From a bacterium (GTDB lineage: Bacteria; Zhuqueibacterota; Zhuqueibacteria; Residuimicrobiales; Krinioviventaceae): 64,000 nucleotides of DNA. Each line of letters starts with the position of its first letter. Positions within the stretch are counted from its first letter, which is position 1. This document shows, one piece after another, positions 20,116 through 29,354 of this stretch. The translations under genes and the position numbers were made by a program. The stretch spans positions 640,001-704,000 of the forward strand of contig OY843751.1 in NCBI GenBank assembly GCA_963693055.1, read 5' to 3'. The notes beneath the pieces are model-generated. The model saw only the letters and a program-made list of their open reading frames with translations. It was not told the origin of the DNA and did no database searches.

Positions 20116-20193
20116 TTTACATCCTTGTTTGATTGATTTATCATAAGAAATTCATTTATTACTAGAAAAACAAGTGTTTTTGAATGTATATTA

Positions 20194-20219
20194 TGAAACC
20201 CCTGATACAAAATGGCGTA
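20194..20219 (+). promoter_or_regulatory. Putative ECF-sigma promoter (SigW-type)
   Basis: TGAAAC(20194-99)-N16-CGTA(20216-19) upstream of the ATG at 20262. Confidence 0.5.
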
Positions 20220-20261
20220 TAGGTTGAGTGAATTAAAAAATCAATTAAATTGAGGGGAAAT

Positions 20262-20783
20262 ATGGCTGCAACGAATTCTACTCCCAAGGTTAATAAACAT
20301 CATCCGGATTTGACCGGAGAACATTTTTATGGAGATTTGCTGCAACTGATATTTTTTTTGGTGTTTCTAGCTATATGGATTGCTGATTCTTTTTTTATGC
20401 ATTTTTCAGATATTTCTACGCTATTACCACTTTGGCTGCGATTGGTTGCAGGCTCTATTGTTCTGATTGTTTCCGGTTATGTTGCAAATACAGGATTAAA
20501 GATTGTTTTTGGAACACCACATACAGAGCCCAAAGTTATTGATTATGGGGTTTTCAAGTGGGTAAGGCACCCTATCTATATGAGTGCTATTGGGCTGTAC
20601 CTGGGTTTACTGTTGATTAAGATATCAATTGCGGCATCAATTGTTTGGGTATTTGCTATTATACTGTATTATGGTTTGAGTCGCTTTGAGGAAAAGTTGT
20701 TATTGGAGCGATTTGGTGATGACTATGCCTTGTATATGACTAGTGTACCCATGTTGTTACCATTCATTAGGAGGGGGAAATAA
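20262..20783 (+). CDS. Isoprenylcysteine carboxyl methyltransferase/PEMT-family membrane protein
   Basis: TM helices, GVFKWVRHPIY and EEKLLLERFGDDYALYMTSVP; GAGGGG RBS before the ATG. Confidence 0.82.
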   Translation: MAATNSTPKVNKHHPDLTGEHFYGDLLQLIFFLVFLAIWIADSFFMHFSDISTLLPLWLRLVAGSIVLIVSGYVANTGLKIVFGTPHTEPKVIDYGVFKWVRHPIYMSAIGLYLGLLLIKISIAASIVWVFAIILYYGLSRFEEKLLLERFGDDYALYMTSVPMLLPFIRRGK

Positions 20784-20784
20784 A

Positions 20785-21258
20785 ATGAAAAAAACGATTT
20801 TGTTTTTGGGACTTTTATTAAGCATTACGCTGTTATCAGAAGTTGTTTTGGGAAAAGGTTTGAGTGATATATGTGGCACCTGGCAGGGCAAAGGAAGGGT
20901 GTTTCAATCTCATTTTACACGTAGCTCGGCAGATTCTTGTAAAACAGATTCTGTTGATATTTTTTTAGTAATTCACCCTGACAATCGTGTGAGCGGCCAT
21001 ATTGGAAAAGCCGAGTTTGTGGATTGCATTGTAAAAAAGAACAGAGGCTGGTTGGGGCGATTGTTAAATTTTAAAACCGATTATATTATTACCGGAGGTA
21101 CAATTGCTGGGAATATTGTGCCGGTAGATACTGTAATACAAAAAAAAATTACAATTCCATTTAATATTGTCGATAATAATATTAAAGGTACGCTTATGCA
21201 GACCTATAAATGGAAATACCCTGATCCTTTGATACGGGTTTTAGTATCAAAAAAGTAA
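20785..21258 (+). CDS. Hypothetical secreted protein
   Basis: MKKTILFLG signal peptide after a GGAGG RBS; GTWQG beta-rich start. Confidence 0.65.
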   Translation: MKKTILFLGLLLSITLLSEVVLGKGLSDICGTWQGKGRVFQSHFTRSSADSCKTDSVDIFLVIHPDNRVSGHIGKAEFVDCIVKKNRGWLGRLLNFKTDYIITGGTIAGNIVPVDTVIQKKITIPFNIVDNNIKGTLMQTYKWKYPDPLIRVLVSKK

Positions 21259-21350
21259 GTGTTGTAAAAAAAATAGAAAGATAAGAATCAGCAAATATTG
21301 TATTGAATTGAATTCATGTGTTGATTATCTTAAATTTTATTGGAGTTGAA

Positions 21351-21728
21351 ATGAATATCGAGTATAACCGACCGTTGAATTGCATGCAGATCCATTTAGA
21401 GGGTACACTCTCTACTCAGGATATTCTTGATACATTTGATGAAATGGTCAAACACCCTGATTTTGTAGAAGGTAGTGATGCGCTTTGGGACCTTTGTGAT
21501 GCATCGCATCCTGATTTGACTGTTACGGATCTTTATAATATAGGTTCGCATGTTCAAAAACATGCCGAAAAAAGAGGGGCTGGCAAAACAGCATGGATTG
21601 TTTTAAATCAGGTTGATTTTGGAATTGCGAGAATGTTTGAGATGCTGACAGACCAGGATATATCTATAAAGTTTCGTGTTTTTGATTCTGTGGAGGAAGC
21701 AAAGGATTGGATTAAGACCGGAGAGTAG
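21351..21728 (+). CDS. SpoIIAA-like (STAS/SEC14) protein
   Basis: LEGTLS..D, LWDL, GKTAW, FGIARMF and C-terminal VFDSVEEAKDWI. Confidence 0.7.
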   Translation: MNIEYNRPLNCMQIHLEGTLSTQDILDTFDEMVKHPDFVEGSDALWDLCDASHPDLTVTDLYNIGSHVQKHAEKRGAGKTAWIVLNQVDFGIARMFEMLTDQDISIKFRVFDSVEEAKDWIKTGE

Positions 21729-21743
21729 TATTATTTAAAAAAT

Positions 21744-22115
21744 ATGATTTCGAATATTAAAAAAATTCCGGAAGGGGTTTGCATTGAATTAACCGGCAAG
21801 GTTACATTAGATGCATTGATGCTGCATTTCCAACAAATACTGGAATCGACAGAGTTTGAAAAAGAAATGGGTATTCTTTGGGATGCTACACGGGTTTCGG
21901 AATTTGATCTTACATCGCAAGATATGGACCAAATGGGTGATTTTCTTAAAGATAAGTTTATTAAGCGTGGTGGTGGAAAATCCGCATGGCTTTTAAATGA
22001 TACTATTCATTTGGGGATGGCCCAAATGTTTACAGAAATGAATGAAAAAAGTTTGCCAATTCTGGTCAAGGCGTTTCTTGAAAGGTCAAATGCTGTCGAA
22101 TGGTTGAAAAATTGA
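21744..22115 (+). CDS. SpoIIAA-like (STAS/SEC14) protein, tandem paralog
   Basis: LTGKVT, LWDA, KRGGGKSAW, LGMAQMF and FLERSNAVEWL; aligns with the preceding gene. Confidence 0.7.
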   Translation: MISNIKKIPEGVCIELTGKVTLDALMLHFQQILESTEFEKEMGILWDATRVSEFDLTSQDMDQMGDFLKDKFIKRGGGKSAWLLNDTIHLGMAQMFTEMNEKSLPILVKAFLERSNAVEWLKN

Positions 22116-22226
22116 ATTGATAAATAATTATCAGTTTTATTTTGAATATTCATATTATATCTAGTATTTATTATATTTTTGTTAGGTTAATGTCAGTTTA
22201 ATGTAATACATGCAGGTTAACGTATT

Positions 22227-23327
22227 ATGAAAACAACAAAACAAAAATTTCTTGCCAGATACTCTATGATCAAAATTATAATGAATTTTTTGTTTTATTT
22301 TTCAAGCCTGTTATTGTTGATTGTGGGTATATCTACTGCAAACGGACTGATTGATAGCATCCCCTGGTTTAATATTTTCAATAAAGTTTTGCGTTTTATT
22401 TTTACCATATTTTGGTTGGTTTTGATCCAACGGGTGGATAGAAATAAAAGAATCTATTTCCCCATGATGTTTGGGTTTTCCATGTTTTTTTGGGGACAAA
22501 TAGTTGACTTGCTGGAGGATTTTTATAACCTGATTTATTTTCTTGGCCGCTATGAGAATATTGTTATGAGTTTGGGCCTTGGTATTGCCAGTGTGGGGGT
22601 TATCTATTGGATTCGAGATAAGGAAAAGCGTGAACAGGAATTGTCTGATGTAAATGATCAGTTGAAATTTATTGTTGATGAACAAAAAGAAACTGCCGAG
22701 CAATTAAAACAGTTGGTGAATGAAAAAGAAATTTTGAACAAGGAAATACATCACCGGGTTAAGAATAATCTTTCAGTGATTTCCAGCATGTTGAATTTGC
22801 AGGCCGCACAGATTGATAACGATGAAGCAAAACTTTATTTGCAAAACAGCCGTGACCGTGTTCATTCCATGGCATTGATACATGAGCAGGTATATCAATC
22901 GAACGATATGAATTATATTGATTTCAAAGCCTATATTGAAAATATTGTCAAAGAGTTGCAGGCTATTTATGGCGAACCAGAAAGCCATTTAAGAATTATA
23001 GCCGAATTGCAGGATGCCAGTTTGCATGTCAATGTAGCAGTGCCATGTGGATTGCTCTTGAATGAACTGGTTACAAATGCTATAAAATATGCCTTTCCTG
23101 AACCTGATGATGGTAACCGAATCATGATAACATTAGAGAATAATGATCACTCTATTCAACTCTGCATTCAGGATAATGGAATTGGTCTACCCCCGGATGA
23201 AGAGATTAAGAATAAAAAATCTTTGGGGATAAAAATTGTACAGGTGCTTGCAGAACAGATAAATGCTCAAATCACAATTGAGCGTAACAAGGGGACCCGT
23301 TTTATTATTACTGTACCCAATAACTAG
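22227..23327 (+). CDS. Membrane sensor histidine kinase, HisKA_2 type
   Basis: Four TM helices, coiled coil, EIHHRVKNNL, SMALIHE, NELVTNAIKYAF, DNGIGLP and SLG. Confidence 0.9.
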   Translation: MKTTKQKFLARYSMIKIIMNFLFYFSSLLLLIVGISTANGLIDSIPWFNIFNKVLRFIFTIFWLVLIQRVDRNKRIYFPMMFGFSMFFWGQIVDLLEDFYNLIYFLGRYENIVMSLGLGIASVGVIYWIRDKEKREQELSDVNDQLKFIVDEQKETAEQLKQLVNEKEILNKEIHHRVKNNLSVISSMLNLQAAQIDNDEAKLYLQNSRDRVHSMALIHEQVYQSNDMNYIDFKAYIENIVKELQAIYGEPESHLRIIAELQDASLHVNVAVPCGLLLNELVTNAIKYAFPEPDDGNRIMITLENNDHSIQLCIQDNGIGLPPDEEIKNKKSLGIKIVQVLAEQINAQITIERNKGTRFIITVPNN

Positions 23328-23427
23328 ATAAAATTTTATATTACATTTATCTGCATCTTTTTTGAGGGAATGGCATCTAATGGTTTGAGTAAATTTGTAT
23401 ACTATATTCAAAACCATTGGAGATACC

Positions 23428-23622
23428 ATGATTCATGTGAATGCCGATTATTGCCCGCAAAACCACCCCTGTCCTGTTACTCGTGCTTGCCCTGTAGGAG
23501 CTATATCGCAAGTTGGTTTTTCTGCACCTACCATAGATGAAGAAAAATGTACCGGTTGTGGCAAGTGCGCCAAACTTTGCAATGTTTTTTCAGTCAAAGC
23601 GGATTATCATAAAGCATCCTGA
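23428..23622 (+). CDS. Small 4Fe-4S ferredoxin-like protein
   Basis: CPQNHPCPVTRACP and CTGCGKCAKLC motifs; GGAG RBS. Confidence 0.8.
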   Translation: MIHVNADYCPQNHPCPVTRACPVGAISQVGFSAPTIDEEKCTGCGKCAKLCNVFSVKADYHKAS

Positions 23623-23683
23623 TGGATAGACCCTCTGTCCTGACAGTTTGATGAAATACCCATGTAAAATGTACAAACAATAT

Positions 23684-23712
23684 AAATCTGCCTGAATTTT
23701 TCAGGCAGATTT
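23684..23712. terminator. Bidirectional terminator between the convergent ferredoxin and MarR genes
   Basis: Perfect 13-bp inverted repeat AAATCTGCCTGAA-TTT-TTCAGGCAGATTT. Confidence 0.8.
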
Positions 23713-23745
23713 TGTTTGAGAATTTGATGAAAAGTGGGGTGTGCT

Positions 23746-24186
23746 TTACGGCTCTATTTCTTTTAAATTGTTAAAAATACGTTTCAGCATACTTTCAAAA
23801 ATTTCCATTTCACTATCTGAAAATCCTTTGTAATAGTGGGATGTCATTTCATCTGAAACCGCAACATATTGCTTTTGAAAGGATTTGTCTTTTTCAGTCC
23901 GCCAGATGCAGATTTTGCGCCTGTCCTTGCTTGAAGGTTCTCTTTTAATAAAACCGGTTTGTTCCAACCGGTCTAGCATGCTGGTGAGTGTGGACTTGCT
24001 CAGGGACGTTTCTTTTGCCAACTCGTTAATGGGAATACCATCGTTCTGCCACAGTACAAACATAATTCTGCCCTGGGCGGGATTTATTTCGTTCACGCCA
24101 TAATCTTTAAGCATGCGCGCAAAAATTCGCCCCGAAAGCTGATGGATCTTTGATATGTAAAATCCCCCTTTGCTGTTTTTACTCAA
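23746..24186 (-). CDS. MarR-family transcriptional regulator
   Basis: INPAQGRIMFVLW..ELAKETSLSKSTLTSMLDRLEQTGFIKREPSSKDRR. Confidence 0.92.
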   Translation of the reverse strand: MSKNSKGGFYISKIHQLSGRIFARMLKDYGVNEINPAQGRIMFVLWQNDGIPINELAKETSLSKSTLTSMLDRLEQTGFIKREPSSKDRRKICIWRTEKDKSFQKQYVAVSDEMTSHYYKGFSDSEMEIFESMLKRIFNNLKEIEP

Positions 24187-24201
24187 CCAAAACTCCTGTT
24201 C

Positions 24202-24663
24202 TTAAATTTTGAATTCAAATTTATCTGTTTGATACCAGCCTCTTGCGAGTTCGGGTGTTACCCGCAGCAATGTATAATCGTCACCCTCAAGACCGCCCTC
24301 ATAAAACTGGATCCAGCCGTCTTGCCAGAGCGCTTTACGTAATTCCTCGTCCTCTACTACTCTCATGGTGCCGATGAGTGATAATCCGTGTGTTTCAGGG
24401 AAACTGCAATAATAGAGACAGACATTGGGATTCTTTTGGATCTGGTCCATTTTAAGCGACAGCCGGTTGGTGGACATGTAGGTGATAAAATCATGCTCAT
24501 GTTGTTTGAAAAAATCTGCCAGACTGCCAAACTGCTCCAGGTTCCACAAGTTGCCCATGGCCCGGGTTTGGGGACAATTGTTTTCATCCACTGTAGATAC
24601 ATAAACCAGATCGGTTGTCTGCATGAGTTGTGTACATACTTTTTTTAAACTCTGTTCATTCAT
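24202..24663 (-). CDS. Pyridoxamine 5'-phosphate oxidase-like FMN-binding protein (general stress protein 26-like)
   Basis: VSTVDENNCPQTRAM, STNRLSLKMDQIQKNPNVCLYY and LW..GW..FY. Confidence 0.82.
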   Translation of the reverse strand: MNEQSLKKVCTQLMQTTDLVYVSTVDENNCPQTRAMGNLWNLEQFGSLADFFKQHEHDFITYMSTNRLSLKMDQIQKNPNVCLYYCSFPETHGLSLIGTMRVVEDEELRKALWQDGWIQFYEGGLEGDDYTLLRVTPELARGWYQTDKFEFKI

Positions 24664-24708
24664 GTTTTCCCTCTCGAGTTTAGTGATAATACTGATATTT
24701 TACCAGGG

Positions 24709-25743
24709 CTATTTTGTAAACAATCCCGCTCCCATATCTGCGCCCAATGTTCCTACTTCCACCTGCAGATAGCGTTGGGGTATTCCCAAATCCAGTCCCG
24801 CGCCTTTGACAAGGGTGATTTTGCCGGATTTGTCAATATTATGCTCAACATAAGGCATGTCTGCTCCCGATTCGCTCAGCTCAAAATTGGGGCCGCATGA
24901 ACCTGAAAAGAAATCGGAATTGTTGATGATACAGTCCCGGACGTTGTACGTGTTTTTATTGCTTTGATCGCGCATAAATGCGTATTGACAACGGGTTATA
25001 ATGTTGTGATGGAATTCAAAATCTTCACCGGTCTGGCAGAGCCATACACCGGAAACGTATCCACCGTCTATAATGCAGTGGGTCATACTGTTGTTTTTGC
25101 TTATACCGCCATCGGCGTTCCAGAACACGACGGCGTTGGCACAGTCGTAAAACACACAGTGATCAATTTTCAATCCGTGCCCGTGAGCAATGATTGCTAC
25201 ATTCGAGCTGGTTACATACTGGCTGCACAGGAACATGCATTGCGAAACCACCAAATCGTCAAGACTTTTGCCTGTTCTGTAAATAGGATAATACATGACG
25301 CCGGGAAGGGGTGTGCCGATGAATTTCAACCCACGGATTTTTACATGGTCCATTTCCACCTTGAATGCCCATGTCTCAATGTATTTTGCGTTTTCAGGCA
25401 CAACCGGATTAAGCGTAGATACAATGATGGGCATGTCATTGGGCTTCCAGTTGGGATCGTCCGGCAGAATAGCCGCTTCGATGGTCAGTGGATTTTCTGA
25501 CGAGTACCCGGATTTGCTGTTGATGTTGCATTCTTTATCCAGAGCATAGAGTCCCGGGGCGATCTTGATGGTAGCCGGTGCATCGGACGCGTTGAGCACA
25601 TCCACCGCTTTTTGGATGGTTTTAAAAGGCAGGTCGCTGCTGCCGGGATTGGTATCGCTACCGCTATTGACATCCACATAAAGGGTACCTGTGGCTGACG
25701 TGCCGGCAAGGCAAATGAGCAGAGATGTGATTAATGTTTTCAT
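24709..25743 (-). CDS. Secreted DUF1565/right-handed beta-helix protein
   Basis: Signal peptide, LYVD..GSDTNPGS..PFKTIQKAV, IKIAPGLY and parallel beta-helix repeats (IDHCVF, HCII). Confidence 0.78.
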   Translation of the reverse strand: MKTLITSLLICLAGTSATGTLYVDVNSGSDTNPGSSDLPFKTIQKAVDVLNASDAPATIKIAPGLYALDKECNINSKSGYSSENPLTIEAAILPDDPNWKPNDMPIIVSTLNPVVPENAKYIETWAFKVEMDHVKIRGLKFIGTPLPGVMYYPIYRTGKSLDDLVVSQCMFLCSQYVTSSNVAIIAHGHGLKIDHCVFYDCANAVVFWNADGGISKNNSMTHCIIDGGYVSGVWLCQTGEDFEFHHNIITRCQYAFMRDQSNKNTYNVRDCIINNSDFFSGSCGPNFELSESGADMPYVEHNIDKSGKITLVKGAGLDLGIPQRYLQVEVGTLGADMGAGLFTK

Positions 25744-25782
25744 ATTGGTTTTCCCTCGTTTGGATTAAATTTAATTCTACAT

Positions 25783-25811
25783 AATATAGTACGATATGGT
25801 ACTAATTGCAA
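25783..25811 (-). promoter_or_regulatory. Promoter with embedded palindromic operator (probable MarR site)
   Basis: Minus-strand TTGCAA-N17-TATATT; TAGTAC-N6-GTACTA palindrome at 25787-25804 fills the spacer. Confidence 0.6.
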
Positions 25812-25822
25812 GAGGTTTTTAA

Positions 25823-25857
25823 GTGAGACGGCAGACGGCAAATGTGAGAAGTAGTAC
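25823..25857. repeat. Degenerate 7-mer tandem repeat
   Basis: GTGAGAC GGCAGAC GGCAAAT GTGAGAA GTAGTAC. Confidence 0.4.
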
Positions 25858-26063
25858 AAAAAAATGAAGAGTTTTGTAATATTAAGTGAACATTGAGACT
25901 GATTAATGAATTAAATATAATGAAATAATAGTTGATACTAATACGAATCCATTCCCATCCGTGTTTGTCCGTAGTTAATATTTTTGTTTTTCCCCCTTGT
26001 CATTCCCCGATCTTTTCCTATATTACAAATGAAAATAGTATTGAAAACAGAGGGACCCCATTC

Positions 26064-27566
26064 ATGGACCGACGTCGTTTTATCAAATCCTGTGCTGTGG
26101 GACTGGGAGCTTTGGGCAGCGGATATTTGTCCGGCTGCGGCAAATCCGCAAAAAGCGGACTTGCGAATATTGTGGTGATTCTGGCGGATGATATGGGATA
26201 TGGCGACATCCACGCATATAATCCCGAATCGACAATCCCCACGCCGAACCTGGATGGTCTGGCGGCAGACGGAGTGCGCTTTACCGACGCCCATTCCGGT
26301 TCATCGGTGTGCACACCCACGCGCTACGGACTGCTGACCGGTCGTTACGCCTGGCGCACATGGTTGAAAAAAGGTGTACTGTTCCCACCTAAAGACAAGC
26401 CGCTTATAGATACAGACCGCCTGACGGTGGCGGGATTGTTAAAAAAACGGGGTTACAAAACCGATATGGTGGGTAAATGGCATTTGGGATTCGGTTGGGC
26501 AAAAGATGAGCAGGGAGAGGTGGATTTTAACAAACCGCTCAACTATGGGCCCACCGATTCCGGATTTGACAGCTTTTTCGGCATTGCCGGTTCACTGGAT
26601 ATGGTCCCTTATGGATTTTATAAAGATCATGATCCGTATCAGCCTTTTAACAGGGAACAGCCCGAACTGAAATTCCCCCATTTTGTCCGTCAGGGCCCCA
26701 AAGCCGAGGGCTTTGAGCCGGTAAATGCCCTTGATGATTTGACAAAGCAGGCGGTTTCCGTGATTGAAAAACGGGCCGCAGGCAGAAATCCGTTCTTTTT
26801 GTATTTTGCCATGACCGCACCGCACAAACCCGCGTGGCCGCATAAACGGTTTGAAGGCAAAACCGGACTCGGCCCCTATGCGGATTTTGTGCACCAGACC
26901 GACTGGACCGTTGGCCAGGTGCTGGAAGCGCTGGAGCGGACCGGCGCTTCCGATAACACCCTGGTGATCTATACCAGCGATAACGGATCGTACATGTATC
27001 GACGCGAAGCAGGCGGTATTGATCATGTGACCATCCCTACCAACCAGGGTTACAGTCCTGAAAACCACAAACCCAATGGCGACTGGCGCGGTACAAAGGC
27101 TGATGTTTGGGAAGGGGGACACCGGGTGCCCTTTATTGTGCGCTGGCCGGGCAAAGCCGCTGCTGGTACAACCTGTAAAAAGATCATCTGCCTGACTGAT
27201 ATTATGGCAACCTGCGCCGAGGCCGCGGGTATCGCTCTGCCGGATTCAGCGGGAGAAGACAGTTTTAGCCTGGTGCCGCTGGTGCAGGGCAAGGACTGGT
27301 CTGTTCCGCGAGCTCCGGTGATCAATCACTCTATTGACGGCATGTTTGCGGTAAGAGACGGACGCTGGAAGATGGTGTTTGGCAATGGTTCCGGTGGACG
27401 AGAAAAGCCCAAAGGCGAGCCCTTTGGTGAGCCGTACATGCTGTACGATCTGGCAAACGATCCAGCCGAGACAACCAATGTGATCCATCAGCACCCGGAT
27501 ATTGCACAGCAGCTGACATCCATATTGCAGCGCATCCGCCAGAGTGGAGGGAGCAAGCATATATAA
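26064..27566 (+). CDS. Arylsulfatase (S1, Cys-type), Tat-exported lipoprotein
   Basis: MDRRRFIK..LSGC signal, ILADDMGYGD, CTPTRYGLLTGRY, GKWHLG, TSDNG and EGGHRVP. Confidence 0.93.
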   Translation: MDRRRFIKSCAVGLGALGSGYLSGCGKSAKSGLANIVVILADDMGYGDIHAYNPESTIPTPNLDGLAADGVRFTDAHSGSSVCTPTRYGLLTGRYAWRTWLKKGVLFPPKDKPLIDTDRLTVAGLLKKRGYKTDMVGKWHLGFGWAKDEQGEVDFNKPLNYGPTDSGFDSFFGIAGSLDMVPYGFYKDHDPYQPFNREQPELKFPHFVRQGPKAEGFEPVNALDDLTKQAVSVIEKRAAGRNPFFLYFAMTAPHKPAWPHKRFEGKTGLGPYADFVHQTDWTVGQVLEALERTGASDNTLVIYTSDNGSYMYRREAGGIDHVTIPTNQGYSPENHKPNGDWRGTKADVWEGGHRVPFIVRWPGKAAAGTTCKKIICLTDIMATCAEAAGIALPDSAGEDSFSLVPLVQGKDWSVPRAPVINHSIDGMFAVRDGRWKMVFGNGSGGREKPKGEPFGEPYMLYDLANDPAETTNVIHQHPDIAQQLTSILQRIRQSGGSKHI

Positions 27567-27584
27567 CATTTTTTTCAAGACCGG

Positions 27585-27619
27585 AAGGCCCTGTTTCATA
27601 AAAAAGCAGGGCCTTTTTT
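27585..27619 (+). terminator. Rho-independent terminator after the arylsulfatase
   Basis: AAGGCCCTGTTT/AAGCAGGGCCTT stem followed by a T-run. Confidence 0.75.
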
Positions 27620-27622
27620 ATA

Positions 27623-27651
27623 TTGATTTTATTTCTGGAAAAAGTTATACT
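27623..27651 (+). promoter_or_regulatory. Putative sigma70 promoter of barrel gene 1
   Basis: TTGATT-N17-TATACT. Confidence 0.5.
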
Positions 27652-27725
27652 GTAATTGTTCATGGGGAATTGCCTTGTACCGGGTACATTTCTAAGAAAT
27701 ATTTTTACTTGGATTGGGAGGGAAT

Positions 27726-28958
27726 ATGAAAAAGATTGTATGTTTAGTGTTGATTCTATCAAGCCTGTGCCTGGCTCAAGGATTTGATTTTATGAATTCT
27801 GCGGTTAAGGGCGGTACCCGTTCGTTTGCAATGGGCGGGTGTTTTACTGCAATTGATTATGGTATTGACGCCATGCTGGGGAATCCGGCTGGACTGGCAG
27901 GGATGAATTCATCGGAAATCCTTTTGAATGGAAGAATGATTGTGGTGGGTGACATGGGTTTTGATGATGATTTTTATGAGGTTGAGAGAGAGCAAAAAAA
28001 CTCGTACAATGATAAAATTAATATCAAACCATATTCATTGGGAATTGCTTTTCCCCTCAGATTACCGGAGTCGAATGTGAATATTACCGGCGCATTGGGA
28101 TATAGGTGTTATTATGATATGAGTTCCACCCGCAAACGAGAATATTCTAATTATGAAGAAAATACAGTTTATGAATCGACAGAAAAAGTTAAGGGATTGT
28201 TGAATGTACTCTCTGCGGGATTCGGTGTTCAACTTTCAAAACAGGTCAATATCGGTGTTGTGTTCAATGTGCCGCTGTTTTCAAAATATGAAACGATTAC
28301 TGAGAATGAGAACCTGTACAGCGAAGCGATCACGAGTGTGAAAAGTGATATTTCAGGAGATGGATTTTTTCAATTGGGCACGCAGATAAATATGCATCCC
28401 CGTTTATCTTTGGGGGCAGCCTATTTTATGGGTCACAAGATAAAATATCATGACCGGGAAATTAAACAAAAAAATGATGACGATTACAGACCTTATGAAT
28501 CTGAAGATTCTGAAATTGAGCATCCGGATTTTTGGAGTGTGGGTTTTCAATTTAATGCATTGGATGATTTGTTATTAACTACCGAAATTCAGAGCTTTCC
28601 ATGGGAAGACACGAAAAGCCGTATGGGGGCAAGTTATTATAAAACTGGCAAAGATCTTCGGGTGGGCCTGGAATATGGCAGAGAGATCAAACTCCGGTTT
28701 GGGTATTATACCAACCAAATCCCCTTAAACGATGACGGTTCCGATTTCATGGATAAATACGGATTCAGCGGAGGAGCTGGATTCAACACCAGCAGCATGC
28801 GTTGGGATGTGAGTGGCGTTTATCGAGTTTTATCACATACGAGTACGGTGAGGACCATCTTTAATCCTGAAAGTGTTGGCGAGTATGAATACAAAGTTCG
28901 GCAGTTTTTAATTTACGCCTCTGTTATCTATACGTTTGATTTTGGATTGGGATTTTGA
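27726..28958 (+). CDS. FadL/OmpP1/PorV-like outer-membrane beta-barrel, paralog 1
   Basis: Signal peptide, GGTRSFAMGGCFTA..MLGNPAGL hatch motif, amphipathic strands and C-terminal Phe. Confidence 0.78.
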   Translation: MKKIVCLVLILSSLCLAQGFDFMNSAVKGGTRSFAMGGCFTAIDYGIDAMLGNPAGLAGMNSSEILLNGRMIVVGDMGFDDDFYEVEREQKNSYNDKINIKPYSLGIAFPLRLPESNVNITGALGYRCYYDMSSTRKREYSNYEENTVYESTEKVKGLLNVLSAGFGVQLSKQVNIGVVFNVPLFSKYETITENENLYSEAITSVKSDISGDGFFQLGTQINMHPRLSLGAAYFMGHKIKYHDREIKQKNDDDYRPYESEDSEIEHPDFWSVGFQFNALDDLLLTTEIQSFPWEDTKSRMGASYYKTGKDLRVGLEYGREIKLRFGYYTNQIPLNDDGSDFMDKYGFSGGAGFNTSSMRWDVSGVYRVLSHTSTVRTIFNPESVGEYEYKVRQFLIYASVIYTFDFGLGF

Positions 28959-29016
28959 TGTGGAATTGCGGAACAGATGTTCCAGTATGATATTTTGCAT
29001 TACAGTAAATAGTAAT

Positions 29017-29178
29017 TTAGCCACAGATCAACACGGATGAAACACGGATTGGTTTTCTTGTTGTTTCTGAGATGATTGATATATTAAATTATAAATTTAT
29101 TATTTCAAGAAATATAAATTGAATCCATGATCAATACCTGTAAATAATCTGTGTAGATCTGTGTAAATCCGTGGCTGA
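29017..29178. repeat. Decamer-array inverted-repeat element, copy A
   Basis: TTAGCCACAGATCAACACGGATGAAACACGGATT (29017-50) and AATCTGTGTAGATCTGTGTAAATCCGTGGCTGA (29146-78) are imperfect reverse complements around a 95-nt AT-rich core. Confidence 0.75.
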
Positions 29179-29247
29179 TTAAGTTTTTGAATAGTGGAAT
29201 GCTGCGCTGGTGATATAAATTATGATTTGAAATGGGGATTATGAAAT

Positions 29248-29292
29248 ACGGACCAGAATTTTATTGCTTTTGGTCCGTTTTTCTTTTATTAT
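29248..29292 (+). terminator. Terminator-like hairpin overlapping a putative promoter for barrel genes 2-4
   Basis: ACGGACCA(29248-55)/TGGTCCGT(29271-78) plus a T-run; TTGCTT(29264-69)-N17-TATTAT(29287-92). Confidence 0.5.
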
Positions 29293-29354
29293 AATACAAG
29301 AACTGCTCGGGGAAGTAATACCAGCAAATGTTGCTCATTCTATTTGGAGGGGAC

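Noticed and set aside
25932-26063. N-terminal extension of the arylsulfatase ORF
   Set aside because: It runs through a repeat scar; the Tat signal begins at ATG 26064 after GAGGG
29051-29145. Mini-ORF MIDILNYKFIISRNIN inside repeat element A
   Set aside because: Sixteen codons, weak RBS and no similarity to nuclease or transposase motifs
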